64,000 bases of DNA from the human T2T-CHM13v2.0 reference genome, Homo sapiens. This document shows positions 25,888 to 39,049 of the stretch, piece after piece. Location of the stretch: NCBI RefSeq assembly GCF_009914755.1, contig NC_060938.1; one strand, given 5' to 3'. Under the pieces are notes generated by a model, which had not been told where the DNA came from, made no database searches, and saw only the letters and a program-made list of their open reading frames with translations. The position numbers and the translations under genes are program-made. Positions within the stretch are counted from its first letter, which is position 1. Each line of letters begins with the position of its first letter.

Positions 25888-26397
25888 TATAATAGTTAAT
25901 TTTATGTGTCAACTTGACCACACCATGGGGTGTCCAAAATAAACCTTTTCTCTAGGCGTGTCTGTGAGGATGTTTCCAAATGAGGTTAGCATCTGCATCA
26001 GTGGTTCAGTAAAGAAGATGGTGCTCCCCAGTGCAGGGGTCATCAATCAATCTGTTGAGGGCCTGAAGAGTACAAAAAAATCACAGAACTGAGGGATTCA
26101 CCTCCTTTTATTCTGCCTCACTACATGAGCTGGGATACCCCATTTCATCTTATTTTGAGGTTGGACTGAGATTTACATAATCAGTGCCCCTGGTCCTCAC
26201 AGGCCTTTGAGCTTGAACTGAATTACACCATGCATTTTTGTGGATCTTTAGCTTATAGATGACAAATCGTGTAAATTCTCAGTCTTCACAGTTACACATG
26301 TCAGAAAAATGTATCTCTTTCCCCTTTCCCCAATTTCTTTCCAGATAGATAGATATCCTATTGTTTCTGTTTCTCTGGAGAACTGTAATTAATCCAG
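25888..26397 (+). mobile_element. MLT2 (ERVL) solo LTR
   Basis: Start 'tataatagttaattttatgtgtcaacttgac', 'tctgttgagggcctgaa', end 'ctgtttctctggagaac..taatcca'. Confidence 0.85.
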
Positions 26398-26752
26398 CTC
26401 TTCTAGGTTTTTGGATGGGCAAGGAGATGTTAACAGTGACACGGTGGCTGAAAAAATATGCAGTTATTAAGCAGATATTGTAAGCAGATATTTCACATCA
26501 GTGTAATCTGAGGGGACTCAATGTTAAGCAACATCAGATTCCTAAGGTGACTGACCTTGGGAATATCAAATTAAAAATTTCAATGTGTGCCTCACTTGCA
26601 TTATTTTTCTCTTGCCCAAATAATAATCTATTAGTAATGGAATTGCATGATGTGCAAAAGAATGCTGAGACATCTTTAGTGGGGATTTTATTACTCTTCA
26701 TAACGTTGACCTAAATAGCTCAAACACTGGTTCTTACAATAAGTTACCAGAT

Positions 26753-26885
26753 CTTGGGTTGGCAAACTATGACCCATGGATCAAATTTGGCTGAGCAGTT
26801 CTTTTTGTTAATAAAGTTTTATTGAAACTGGAACTCAGCTACACCCATTCTTTTATGTATAGTCCATAGCTGCTTTTGTGATGTT
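26753..26885 (+). mobile_element. MER58A (hAT) 5' fragment
   Basis: 'gggttggcaaactatgacccatgg.tcaaat..taataaagttttattg..cagctacacccatt'. Confidence 0.75.
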
Positions 26886-27431
26886 GATTTATCATCATTG
26901 AAGTTCCTAGAGCCACATCTGATGGGGAAGTCTGCTCATGGATGTTTGGAAAACAAACGCAACAATGAAAACCTTTGTAGGATTTCCTCTCACTACTTTA
27001 CAGTGTATATCACAAGGGACATGATTAGTGGTTTTGCCTTCTGGAGGCATTTCTCTGGCTTTATAGATTCTGATTGTCTAAAGAATTCTCTTGAAACAGA
27101 AATTTTGTTTTCACACAGACAGGGTATACCTGAGTTTATCATCATTATTCTTCATCTGAAATGTTGAAACAGCTTTTTGTTCCCCCATTTACTAGTTGTC
27201 CTTCATATTCCCAACAATTTTTTTAAGTCCTTGTAACATTATAACATTTTTGATGACTTCTCATTTCCTCCAGGAGAAAGTTTAAGTTATTTAATAAGGC
27301 ATGATGGGCTTTGCATTATATGTCCCTGATTCAACCATTCTGGTTTGTTTCCCACCACCTTTCTATGTCACACTTTACTCTTGCCATACATCACGCTTTC
27401 TCATGCTTCCAAGATTTTTGCATCATTTTCT

Positions 27432-27734
27432 TTTCTTTTTTCCTTTTTTTTTTCTGAGACAGAGTCTCGCTCTGTTGCCCAGGCTGGAATGCATTGGCGT
27501 GATCTCGGCTCACTGCAACCTCCGCCGCCCAGTTTCTAGTGATTCTCCTGCCTCAGACTGAGTAGCTGGGATTACAGGTGTGTGCCACCACACCTGGCTA
27601 ATTTTTGTATTTTTAGTAGAGACAGGGTTTCACCCTGTTGGTCAGGCTAGTCTCGAACTTCTAACCTCAGGTGATCTGCCCACCTCGGCCTCCCAAAGTG
27701 GTGGGATTACAGGTGTGAGCCACCGCACCCAGCC
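27432..27734 (-). mobile_element. AluSx-type element
   Basis: Full dimer with 'acctcaggtgatctgcccacc'; TSD tt(t/c)tgcatcattttct (27416-27431 / 27735-27750). Confidence 0.95.
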
Positions 27735-28829
27735 TTCTGCATCATTTTCTGTACTCCAAGAACCTTGTGCATGTTCACATAAAAGTACTCATTCATTGTT
27801 CATTTCTGCATCCTTTCTTTTTCATGATGTAATTATTGAGCTCCTGCTCTGTTTCTCAATCTGTGAGGAAAAAGGAGGGAAAATAAATAAATACACTCCA
27901 TTCTCAAGGAACTAATAGTCCAGAGACAACTTCAGCCATATAAACATATAATTGCAATTTAGCAGCATACCAAAATTAAGAGAAAAAAGCACACGTTTTA
28001 AAAGCAAAGGACAACTGTACATTAGAAATCTTTGTAAGAAATATCTTTGTGTAGTATCCAAGTGAGGCTTGGATCTCATCTAAAGAAGCACTAAAATAGT
28101 CTACATTGTATCAGAGTTGTCTGAAACCATTTCAACTTTCTTTGCATTTCTACCTTCATTTCCTGCCCCTCATTTATAGCTAACTAATATATATATGCAC
28201 CTGGGTATTAGTTGGTGTCCCCAGTTGGTGACTCCAACCCTAAACTTATATTTCCCACCACACCTGGCTTTCCTGTGTACACTTTTTTACTCAATTATCT
28301 ATGAGTATCTTCTAAGTCATGTAAACCACACACTCACACAGAGCTTAAATTTCACTTACTCTGAGAGATCTTGGCTAGTCAACTATATTCATTTATTAAT
28401 TTCTATCATTTTTGCAATATTTATCACAATTTCATTAGGTACAACAGTAATAATTTATTGTCTCTTTCCACCCTCCAATCCCACTAGACTACAGCTGTAT
28501 GTAGTACATAAAGAATGGACTATTTTATCCCTAGTATCTAGCTCAGGGTCTGGCACAGAGTATATATTTAATAAATCATTCACAGATGAATAAAGGAGAC
28601 ATTAGTTCCGTATCAGATTATTTTCCAGATTTGTTGAAATTACTTCCATAAAAACCTTGTATTGCAACCTTCTGCCCTAACGTTTGTCAATTTAAATCAC
28701 TTGTCTTCCACTTCCAATTTCCTACACACAGAGATTGCATCACTTGAACCATCCTTCAAATTAATTCACCTTCTTAACTCAAAAATATGTAATAAGTCCA
28801 CATTAGCAAAAGAATGATGCCCAAACTTT

Positions 28830-29680
28830 TCAGACTGGTAATCAATGTCCCAAATGATGTCTTCCTGAAAACTATACTACATTTTTCAGCTGCTGTGGTT
28901 GGCATATGATTTGCTTGTCCCCACCAAAACTCACGTTGAAATTTGATCCTGAGTGTGATTGTGTTGGGGACATGTCGGGGGTGTTCGGGTCATGAGGGTG
29001 GATCCTCAAGAATGGCTTACTGTCATTCTCTGGATAGGGAGTGAGTTCTTGCCATGGAAAGACTGGATTAGTTCTCACGAGAGTGAATTAGCTTCTGCAA
29101 GCGTGGGCTGTTATAAAGCCAGGATAGCCCTCCCTCAGTTTTGCTTTTTTTGCATGTGTTTATTTTTCTTTTAACCTTCTCTGCTATGCTATGACATAGC
29201 ACAGAAGTCCTCACCAGAAGCAAGAGCCATGCCCTTGAATTTGCTAGCCTAAGTTAAATAAACCTCCCTTATTTATAAATTCCCCAGTTTCCTCTATTCT
29301 GTTATAGCAATACAAAATAGACTAAGACAGCCATCCTTAAAGTTAGGTGTGCACATGTAACTGAGTTTCAGTCAATGCAATTTGAATCATAATGATGCAC
29401 CTCACTTACAGAACCGATCCATTACAAACTCCAATACGTGATTCTCCATGATCTTCTCCTGTTGTCTGCAGAACAAAACCCAAGGCAAATCTTGGAAGCT
29501 ATGTTAAAGAGGGCAGAGCCTCCAGCAGATACGGTTGAATGTGGAGAGCAAATTCTCTATACATCCAGCATATCTACAAATTGGACTTTATACAGATCGG
29601 AAGTATCATTCTATTTGATTAAGCCACTGAGATGTTAAGGCTTATCTGTTACATCATATAGTATTGTTTACATAATATAC
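28830..29680 (+). mobile_element. Ancient MLT1 (I/J-like) LTR interrupted by an MST LTR
   Basis: 'actacatttttcagc | catccttaaagttaggtgtgcacatgtaactgagttt' continues across the insertion; 3' end 'ttaagccactgagatgtt..ctgttaca'. Confidence 0.7.
28891..29329 (+). mobile_element. MST (MSTB2/MSTC-like) MaLR solo LTR
   Basis: 'tgctgtggttgg..gtccccaccaaaactcacgttgaaatttgatcc'; end 'tattctgttatagcaatacaaaatagactaagaca'. Confidence 0.88.
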
Positions 29681-30791
29681 CATTGCTTATATCAATATTC
29701 TCCTTTAGAAATATTTTTCTGTAGCAAAATTGAAATCATGCCCGTTTCACTTCACATGTGTAAAAGACACACCTTGTATGCTGTATATTGCATATCTCAC
29801 AGCAATGAGGGTTTGTAGACCAATACTTCACATTATTCTTCCATGAAGTCACAGCTGCTTGTACAAATTATTATATTTTCAAAACTGAATTAATTGTATT
29901 CTCTCTCCCAAATTAGTACAAAGGCTAGTTGGACTGTGACAGGTACTCAAGCAGAAAGAAGACTGGAGATACCATTTTGAGATAGTTTTAGTGGACCACA
30001 TATAAGAAGGGCAGAGAAAATTGGTATGATGAGAGAAAAAGTCAAAAGATGACACAGGGAGAATCAGAGATGAGCATTTGTTTTCTTTACACAGAGGCAG
30101 AGAAAAGAGGAACTGCTTCCTTCTCAGTGATGTTCATGTCCTTGTTCTGGGCTCTGGTGAGGCCCAGATACACCACTGGCAATGGCTTTCCTGTGATACC
30201 CAGGTGTCCTTCTGCTAAATTTTCTCTTTCTGGATGTTCTACTTTGAGTTGGCCTCTGTTGAATTCAATCAAATACCCATTTGCTAAGGCGGTAGTACTC
30301 CAAGCTGTTGGTCTGTGTGATTTGGCTTGATCAATTTCCTTCTGTGAAATATCATACTACTGACTTCTACACTTTTCAGTTATACTTTTTCTTCATGTTC
30401 CCTCTCATGTTTCTAGGACCATTTAAAACTAAGAGGAAAGGTACATTCTCTATTCTCCAAATTATCAAAACATATATTTCTATCAGAAAAACAAATAAAA
30501 ATACATTCTTTAAATGCTCTATGTAAATATGAGGAGCTGTGAACACTAATTCTTCAAAATCTGATAAAAAATATGTTACAATTCATAAAGCTGGTAAGAT
30601 AAAATTATGAGCATATTTTGACATACTAAAATACACAAAATATTTTAAAAAGAACAAAATATTTTCTCAAAGGTACTGGCATATTTTACTAAAAGCGGGT
30701 GCAATGTATCTAGTTAATTAGAAAGTTTCAAATACAAATCATAAAGGGAATATTTCTGAGGCTTCACAACAGTACATGTGTAGTTTCTTTT

Positions 30792-30922
30792 TTATTATTA
30801 TATTTTAAGTTCTGGGATACATGTGCAGAATGTTCAGGTTTATTTCATAGGTATACACGTGCCATGTTGGTTTACTGAACCCATCAGCCCATCATCTACA
30901 TTAGTTATTTCTCCTAATGCTA
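30792..30922 (-). mobile_element. Severely 5'-truncated L1PA (about 130 bp)
   Basis: 'ttttaagttctgggatacatgtgcagaatg..tttctcctaatgcta'; TSD tgtagtttctttt (30779-30791 / 30925-30937). Confidence 0.92.
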
Positions 30923-31419
30923 TATGTAGTTTCTTTTCTCGAGTTCACTTTCTTTAAAAAAAGACATTGTGGTTAAAAAACAATCTTTGAAAATAATTTA
31001 TTGATTGTAAAATTTATCCCTCCCATTTTCTAGTGTTAAATTAGTAGTATTTTGTCATTTTCCTAGGTTATAATCTGGATATTCTCATGCCTGGCAAGAC
31101 ACATTCTGATATGATCTCAATTATGCATAGCTCTTCTCTCAGTTAAAAATGCAACACATTTGACATTCCATCAGGCTAGAGTTTATGCTCTTGGAGAAGT
31201 TGGGTGTTCAAAGGGTGTGGCTGCAGAGATCCAGAGAGCTTGACTTTAAAACATTTTGATACTTAAAAACATTTTGTTTGATTATCAAGAACATTTTGAT
31301 ATTGATCTAAATATATTGAGAGACCTTTAAATTCATTTGATTTATAATAACATTTCTTATATTTCTTATTACTATCTTCTGCCTCTTTCTCACTTTCACC
31401 ATCATCAATACCATGAATC

Positions 31420-31625
31420 AACTTAGTTCTCTGTGCCAGTCACTGGTTGATGTTTTATGCAAATCAGCTCAGTTAATCTTCACAATCAGAGGATGAGGCA
31501 AGTGTTTTTCTGGGGAGGAGGTTAGATCTCAGAGACCTTCACAAGCTGACCTGGGTTCACATTTTAGCTGACAAACAGTTTTTGAGAGCTTCAGCCTAGT
31601 TCAGTCTATAGCCCACTTTCTTAAT
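31420..31625 (-). mobile_element. MIR
   Basis: 'ctgtgccagtcactg..ctcagttaatcttcacaa..gatgaggcaag..ctcagaga'. Confidence 0.6.
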
Positions 31626-33749
31626 CTCTACTCTTTCAATGAAGAGAATAGAGAGGAAAATCAACATTGAGGAGCAGTGGCAATGTAGGAAAGTAAGATA
31701 TCTGAGCCTGACAGTCATTCTGTTTTGGAAAAGTGGTGATAGAGGTGGTCAGAAGATAGAAAGCTATGGCCACACAGAATATCATGGGGATTTAGGACAG
31801 TATTTACTGTGATCTCCCTAAGAATGTACCCTCCTGGAGGAATTAAAATGACAAAAGAGTTGGGTAGAAAAATCCAAGTAATACTCTCCATAGAAAAGAG
31901 TACAGGCAGAATGCAGGCTGTGCTTAACTTACTGTATATATTATTACCAAACCTGCTACTTGAAAGGAGGGCATCCTGGGCTGTAAATATTAACACGTGA
32001 TAGCTAGGAAAATGTGTCTGCATGTACTATATCACTACTTAATGCTATATGCTTCTTCCTTCTCTAGAAATAACATGGTTAATCATTTGTACAATGCTCT
32101 TATTAGTAAGAGGAATCGAGCAAGCGCGGAGATGGTGGACTTTTCTATTCGGAGCTATTTCAACATTACCATCTGGAATCCTACTATTTTGGCTTTTGCT
32201 CTATTTCTGCTACATTGTGCCCAGGCCTTGAGAATGCTTAAATTCCTTCAGCAGGTTGGAGCCAATTCCAGCATTAATTTAGGGCTACAGCACATTCCCA
32301 CTGGCTTCACATTCTCCCCTTTTTAACAATTTCCCCATATCTTATTGAGAGTAAGGCAATCTTGCTTCGAAAAAGAAGGGGAAATTCATTTCTGAAACCC
32401 CGAGGGTAATTGCTGGTTGTAAAGTAACTGTGGCTTGCTTCTTTCTCCACAGCAAGAAAGACTGGCCAAATTTGCAGTGCGGAGGTCCAGGAAAGAGCCT
32501 GGATAGTGAGCAGGTTGTTTGCTGCCGACCCTAAAGATGCAGGAATCCAGCCATGACCATGCAGTTTTGGCCACACAAATACCTTTGTTCAGAGAGGTTT
32601 TCAGCTGAGGTGACATTTCTGCAAACAAAGTAGACTTGGCTTCCCTGGAAAGTGATGGAACCATTGAAAAGCCAGAAAAATAAAGAGTTTTAATGGAGTA
32701 AAAATTACAAATGCCACATGGCATATGGGATACATTGTGAAGAAGTAATCATGAGACTAGAAGCCATAGATTTAATAAGACTCGATTCTCACCACATGTA
32801 CAAACAGAATTAGGAATAAATCGCATACAATGGTATGGAGAAAGTAGAACGATCATTTATCTTTTATTACTATTCTTTATCTGTTTATTTTTATAAATGG
32901 ACAATGAATAGTGTTCTGTGCATTTACTTTAACTCTTATGAACAAATGCATGCAGTAAAATAAGGGTAATGCTTGAATAATGATTTTAAAATTTTCTTTC
33001 TCCTTTTAGACAGTTCATTGGTCATATGATACCATAGTTAGAAATTTTGCTTCATCGTCAAGAAAGTGAATGCTTTCATACCTCAATGTAATTTTGAATC
33101 TCTCTTTGTGGTATGGAAGCTGAAGACAACTAGCAACATTTGGAAACTGGGGCTTTCTCTGTGAATTTAATTTTATTTTATATTTCATTCAGCATGATGC
33201 ATATATAGACTGATTTATTTAACTTTCAACTTCTCAAACATTTTGTCTATATTCTTGTGGCTGGTTTCTTAAATTATGAGTAGAGGCTTAAATATAATAC
33301 TGCCTGAGCTTCTTTTCAATGAAAAAAGTGATGGTGAGGTGTTTCATATTAAGTCCCAAATTATGAACAAATATCAGTTTTAGAATCTGAATTTACTGGC
33401 GTTATTTTCAATTTTCCACTTACACAAAAGAAAATGAAATTTAACATAAAACCAATTACTTAAAAATACTTTTTAACACCCCATCATCAGTGCTTCATGT
33501 AGAAAAAACTAATGCAGTTTGAAATTAAATTATTTTACTCACCACTGGTGGCAATTATAATAAAGATTGAAATAATAATTTTTGTTATTGCTAGTGTTCA
33601 TAATTTCTTCATTCTTTTTTTCCAGCTCTGGATCATAGTATTTCAGGATTTGGGACATATTTTGTTTAATTTAGCAAATAATATTTGATTAGTGAAATAA
33701 TGTTTGACATATGAAAGTATGTATTTTGTATTTTTACATTGTGAACAAT

Positions 33750-35560
33750 TAATGAACTATATACACAATCTTCATTTAAGCTACCTAAATATTAATACCT
33801 ACTCCAATCACATGACCCTGACTGTTTTCTAGCACTAACCACTATCCTGAATATATGTTTATAATTTTCTTGCTATTTTCTACATTACAATTTTAACTCA
33901 CGTACATGCAGTCTTAAGCAAAATATGCTTAATTGCCCACATTTTTAAAGTTCTTAAAGTGGTATCATACTGTTGGTAGCCTTCAGTTGTTGGTTTGATT
34001 TTGCCCAATACTGTTTCATGATCCAAATGTTTGTTGCATGTGGTGATAGTTTGTTATTTTCACTGCTGTATAGTGTTGCACTGGGTGGGTATACAATTTA
34101 TTTATGGATCCTCCTGATGATTACCGTCTGTGTTGTTTTCAGATTTTGTTTTGTTTTATTTTAGTTATTACAAACAACAGTATTGTACATTGTATTTTAC
34201 ATGTCTCATAGTTCTTATGTGCAAGAGAGTTGTCTAGGGAAATGTCTTTGAAGCTTTTTGATAGTGACCCACAACTAGAAAAACTTCATACTGTGACCAG
34301 AAAAATAATGTGAAGAACTGTGCAGGTGTAGCATATTGTCCTATTTGCAAGCTAATTACCCAGCCTGTTATTATTTCATAGATCCCGGTAGAAGACACAA
34401 AACTTCCACGTCAGAGACAAAGGATTTCATTACTCATGGCAAAAGCAGGAATCAGAGCTTCACATTTGCTGGTGTCAATTTCTCATACCCTCAAATCCCA
34501 GAAGCATGACACAAAAGAGTCCATGATGGATGTCTGAATACACAGTGGGCTGTGTTAGAAGAGAGTAACACTGAGCTCAGGTGATCTCTGCTTCTGTAGT
34601 AAGCTTGCACTTTGTCTCGGGGGAGACATTCCCTCATCACTCAAGACTGTTCCCTGCAAACACAACCTTGAATAATGGCCCAGAAGAGTGGTGAGAGTTC
34701 TAAATTCCTGGCACTTCCAGCAAGTATGCTCAGGAACACCAGGGCCCAAAGTGGATTGCCTCTTCCTAAAAATATGTTTATGACTGAAGCCCTTTCCTTT
34801 AAAATGTTAGGTGAATATGGATCTTTTATTTGCTGTCCTATTTCATTTTCAATAATTCTGAGTATGACTCACCAAAATGATTTCACAAAATAATCTGTAG
34901 TAACCTTCAATTTAAACAACAAACAAATAAAAAAAATTGCTATGTTAAGTATATATTTGAGAGTGTAATTGCAGAATTACATTCTTCCTTAACATACAAT
35001 GTGAATGGTTTTATAAAGTGATTTGTCAGTTATTTATCATTTGCTTTTCACAAGCGGTGTATGAATATTCCCCTTGCCATATGTCTCCACCACCACTTGG
35101 TTTTGTCAGACATTTATTGTTTGATAATCAAATACTGCATAATTATATCTGATTTGGTTGTAATTTGCATTTTACTTATTATTAATGAGGTTTAGCATTG
35201 CCATATGTGTATAAGTCATTTGTTTTTCATTGTCTGTTAAATGTCTGCATATGACTTTGGCCCGTTTTAAAATTGAGATATTTCTTTCTTTTAGATTGAT
35301 ACATGAATTATTTACATTTGTGAGTTATGAATATTGTCAATAACGTCTCACTGTAGATCAATTTTTCACTGAATTTCTGGTATCATTTTATAAATTAAAT
35401 TTATTTTAATGTTTCAAGTATTCTATTTTAAACTGATATTTTATGGTATTTGTCATGTATAAGAACTCATTCTAGATCATTAGTCATAAAGATATTCATC
35501 TAAATTTTCTTCAAAACTGTTAAATGTCTTTAACATTTAAGTCCTAAATACATCTGAACT
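33750..35560 (-). mobile_element. Old L1M ORF2/3' fragment, interrupted by an LTR40-like LTR
   Basis: Antisense 'ttgtaatttgcattttacttattattaatgagg', 'ttgttgcatgtggtgatagtttgttattttcactgctgtatagt', 'catttaagtcctaaatacatctgaa'. Confidence 0.75.
34309..34770 (-). mobile_element. LTR40-like ERVL solo LTR
   Basis: 'tgtgaagaactgtg..cctatttgcaagctaa..agaagacaca..gtcagagacaaagga.ttcattactca' is the reverse of the LTR40 3' end. Confidence 0.7.
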
Positions 35561-35561
35561 G

Positions 35562-36550
35562 GTCCAATAATCCAAATGAATCAAATATCTAAGAAAAACT
35601 GTAACAAAGGAAGAGACAAATCTATAGAGAGTACATTATAAAACATTCTTGAGGGAGAATCAATATGAACCTAAATTAATAGAAAACTATTTATGGAGGG
35701 AAAGACAGTATGTAAAGAAGCAAATTATCTTCAATTCATCTGTAAATTTACTGCAATCTCAATAAAAAGTCAAGTAGAAGCTTTTTTGTTGAAATTGATA
35801 AGCCAATAATAAATTGTAAATATTCAAAGATCTAATGATAGCTAATGCAATATTGAAGATAAACTGAAATTTTGGAGAATCAAGACTTATTTGAGGATTG
35901 CAGTAATGAAGACAGTGATTAATTGTGCAAGAATAGACAAACCATCCAAGAAAACAAAATAGAGAGCTGAAAAGCAGACCCAGGCTTATATTGATCAGTG
36001 ATATAGGTGGCATAACAGGAGGGTGACAAAAAGACAGTTATTTCCATAAATTGTACTTCATCAATTGTATATCTGAGAGAGAGAGAAAGAGAGAGAAATT
36101 GTTTTTATTCATAGTATAATATATAATTGCTTCTATTCATAGAGAGAAAGACAGAGAGATAACTGTTTCTATTCATAGTATAAGCATCTTAATTTCAGGT
36201 GGTTTTTAGATTTTTATGTGAAAGTTAAAAATAGTAAATCCTAAGAGAGGATAATATAGAGGACGTTTTCACCACATGGGGTATATAAAGATTAATAAAA
36301 CTGGACACAAAGTCTCTGATTATAAAAAAAATTGACAAATATTTTGACTGTAAGAGATTATATTAATAAATACACAATACAATTTTAAGAGAAATGAAAT
36401 GAGAAATGAAAAGAGCAGCAGTAGAGTGGGATGTCACAGTACATATGACTGACAAAAAATTACAAAATCAAGACTAAAATGGCATACCACTAGAGCAGCT
36501 ATAAATACAAAGAGTAAAAATGCTCTTCTGTTTGGAGGACGTGAAGCATG
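35562..36550 (+). mobile_element. Old L1M ORF2 fragment
   Basis: 'ttcatctgtaaatttactgcaatctcaataaaaa', 'gaaattgataagcc', 'cagtaatgaagacagtg..caagaatagacaa'. Confidence 0.75.
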
Positions 36551-38598
36551 TTCTTGGGCACTGATTATGTGAGTAGGTAGCTTTTCCTGATTATATCCTC
36601 TGCAGAGTTTTCATAGTGTATCATGTCTAGATCACAACTGGAAAGATCTATGGCAAATTCATCATCTGTCAATGAGCGCAACCAATATTTGTTACAATTT
36701 TACCATGTTTAATTGTGAAAGAGTTCTTAGAGCATCAAAACACATATCCAGAAATACTATCCTCAAGTACCAGGCAATATTTATTTTTTTTCAGTTACTT
36801 TTCTGCCCTATATTTATCACTAAGCTCATATGAACTTTTAATTTTTTAAAAAAACCTTTAGGTGTCTGTTTTACTCATTCCAGAGAGAAGGAACTTATTG
36901 GCACATGACTGATTTATTAAATACACTCAATAAAAGTTGGCATTTTTACAGTCAGCAAGCTCAATAAAGTTCACAAATAAATCTTCTATAGTTCTCATAT
37001 TTACATATTTCTCATATTACTCTTTACCTAGGTATCTATCAACTTTGAAAGATCCAAAAATAGAACATGAGGGCCATAATTGTCTGGAAATGAGGAGAGG
37101 GTATATTTCTTTGTGAGAATTTTTTGTGTAAATGAGTAAGTTAAGATGATATTATAAAACCAATTATTATAAAATTCCTGAGGATATCCTCTATAGCATG
37201 TACTTTGGCATTGATTATCTATATGAGTAGGTAGCTTTTCCTGATTACATCCTTTATAAAGTTTTCATAGCATATCATAGCTATGAAAATATTTTTCAGA
37301 AAAAGATAAACCACACAGGAATAAATGATAAAGTGAATGATAACTTTTCAGTTAAAAAAAGAACTAAATGTACAATGAAATTTGGGACTAAATAAATGGC
37401 ACTTCTGCACAATTCAGATCTTTTTCCCCCTTATGCTGAGCCTACTTTGTTGTTTTGCATAACCTACAACATGTAGACATCTCAGTTAGAGACCTCTATC
37501 CCATACCCTTTTTCCCCAAAAGTTCTTTCCTTTCATCAGTGATGGCTGAGTCGATTCTTAGACTAGTTCCAATGTATTCCCTTGATGTAATCATCAGATC
37601 TGTCTCCCCTCAGCACCTTGTTTGGGGATGCTTCTCATTCTCTATGCCTAGGTACAATTTCAAATCCAGAGTTGGAGCTGTCATCTTCATAAATTCTCCT
37701 TAGATTATAGGAGTTCACAAAATCTTGTCATTTCTGTGTACTCTTCTCGGTCTTAAGAAATGTTTCTCCTGGAATAACCTGTGGTCACCCTCTGATAGGT
37801 ATGTTCTGTTATTATGTTTTTGTGTAAATTTTGTCAAGCTAATGTAACTGTGATTTTATTTCACATGATCTATAGGGCCTTACACAAACCTGAACCTAAT
37901 AAAGACATGTGGGACATAATCTCAAAATGATATCACTGAAACTCATTTCCAACCCAATTAAACTGTTCTCCTAGGGTTGGTTGACAGTCCAGAATTATTA
38001 GGCTTCTCAGTGGAGCCAGAACAATCTGTCCAGTGATACTTGATCCGATCAAGTGTTTTCATGGGTGGTTTGGAAACCATGTCTTGCTTTGCAGATGTTA
38101 TTTATCACAAAGTTGCCCCTAGCCCTTTAATGTTGAGGATTTGATATTAGTGGAGTTGTGGAAGTGAAATTATTAGGGTGTCCTTAAAGTCCTTTTCCAT
38201 AAATGAATGATTTATTGGAGCAATGAAAGAAAGGAATAAGTTTGCCTGCTCAATATAGCCCGTCATTTTTGATGAATGTGACTCACCTTTCTGTAAGAAG
38301 TTCAATTTAGCACTGGTACCAATTCTTGAATTTTATAGAGAAGGAAATTGTAAAATGTCTTAGAAATGTGGCCACGGAGAGAACAAACTGAGGTTGAATG
38401 ATGCAAAATCAGAACTACACTGAATGCAACGTAATGCCAATGCTGTTCAATGCCAAGAGACTTACAGGATAAAATTTGGCTTTTTCCTTTTGAAATAATA
38501 TTAGCTTGCTATTGAGTAAAATCAGGTAGCAACACTTCATAACTCCATTACCTACCTGTTTTGTATTCATTAAAGTGTGGCTTTCTTGGCCTGACTGT

Positions 38599-38802
38599 CA
38601 GTGGTATGCTGAGATGGCTTGCCACAGCTCCAGAGTGCATTGTATATATTTCTTCTTGACTTCACGTTAAGTGACATTATGTTGGTAGCTTGGAATTGGT
38701 CATGATGAAGCTATATATACCAGGAAAACTGGCACATGCTGCAAATGAAGGCTCCTGCTCTTCCAGAGATCTAACTGTTAAGTATTTATCAGCATACTAC
38801 TA
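38599..38802 (+). mobile_element. MER63A-type hAT element
   Basis: 'cagtggtatgctg..gttaagtgacattatgttggtagcttggaattgg..tatcagcatactact'. Confidence 0.75.
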
Positions 38803-39049
38803 ACCTGTGTTCAAAGGTTGAACTGCAGAAGCCTCTCAAATTTCCACCAAAGTGACAATAATAACTTTGTCAGCATAATGCTGTGTTCATCTAATAAATA
38901 CAAAATTCCTTCACATTCACAACTTCGGTTGGCTATTACTAATTATTAAATAAAATAAAATACTCAAAGAAAAAAATGGATATATACAAATTCCCAGGTA
39001 ACATAAAACATAGTTAATTAGAGCTCAACTTTTACAGAGTAAAATTACC

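Noticed and set aside
28195-28593. 132-aa hydrophobic ORF
   Set aside because: T-rich decayed L2-like sequence gives chance hydrophobic ORFs; no family motif.
30087-30341. Stop-free minus-strand frame (..IEFNRGQLKVEHPERENLAEGHLG..) as a coding exon
   Set aside because: No recognisable protein similarity, weak acceptor pyrimidine tract and poor donor (gtaaag).
33538-33556. CTCF-like 'caccactggtggca'
   Set aside because: Several mismatches in the 5' half of the core.
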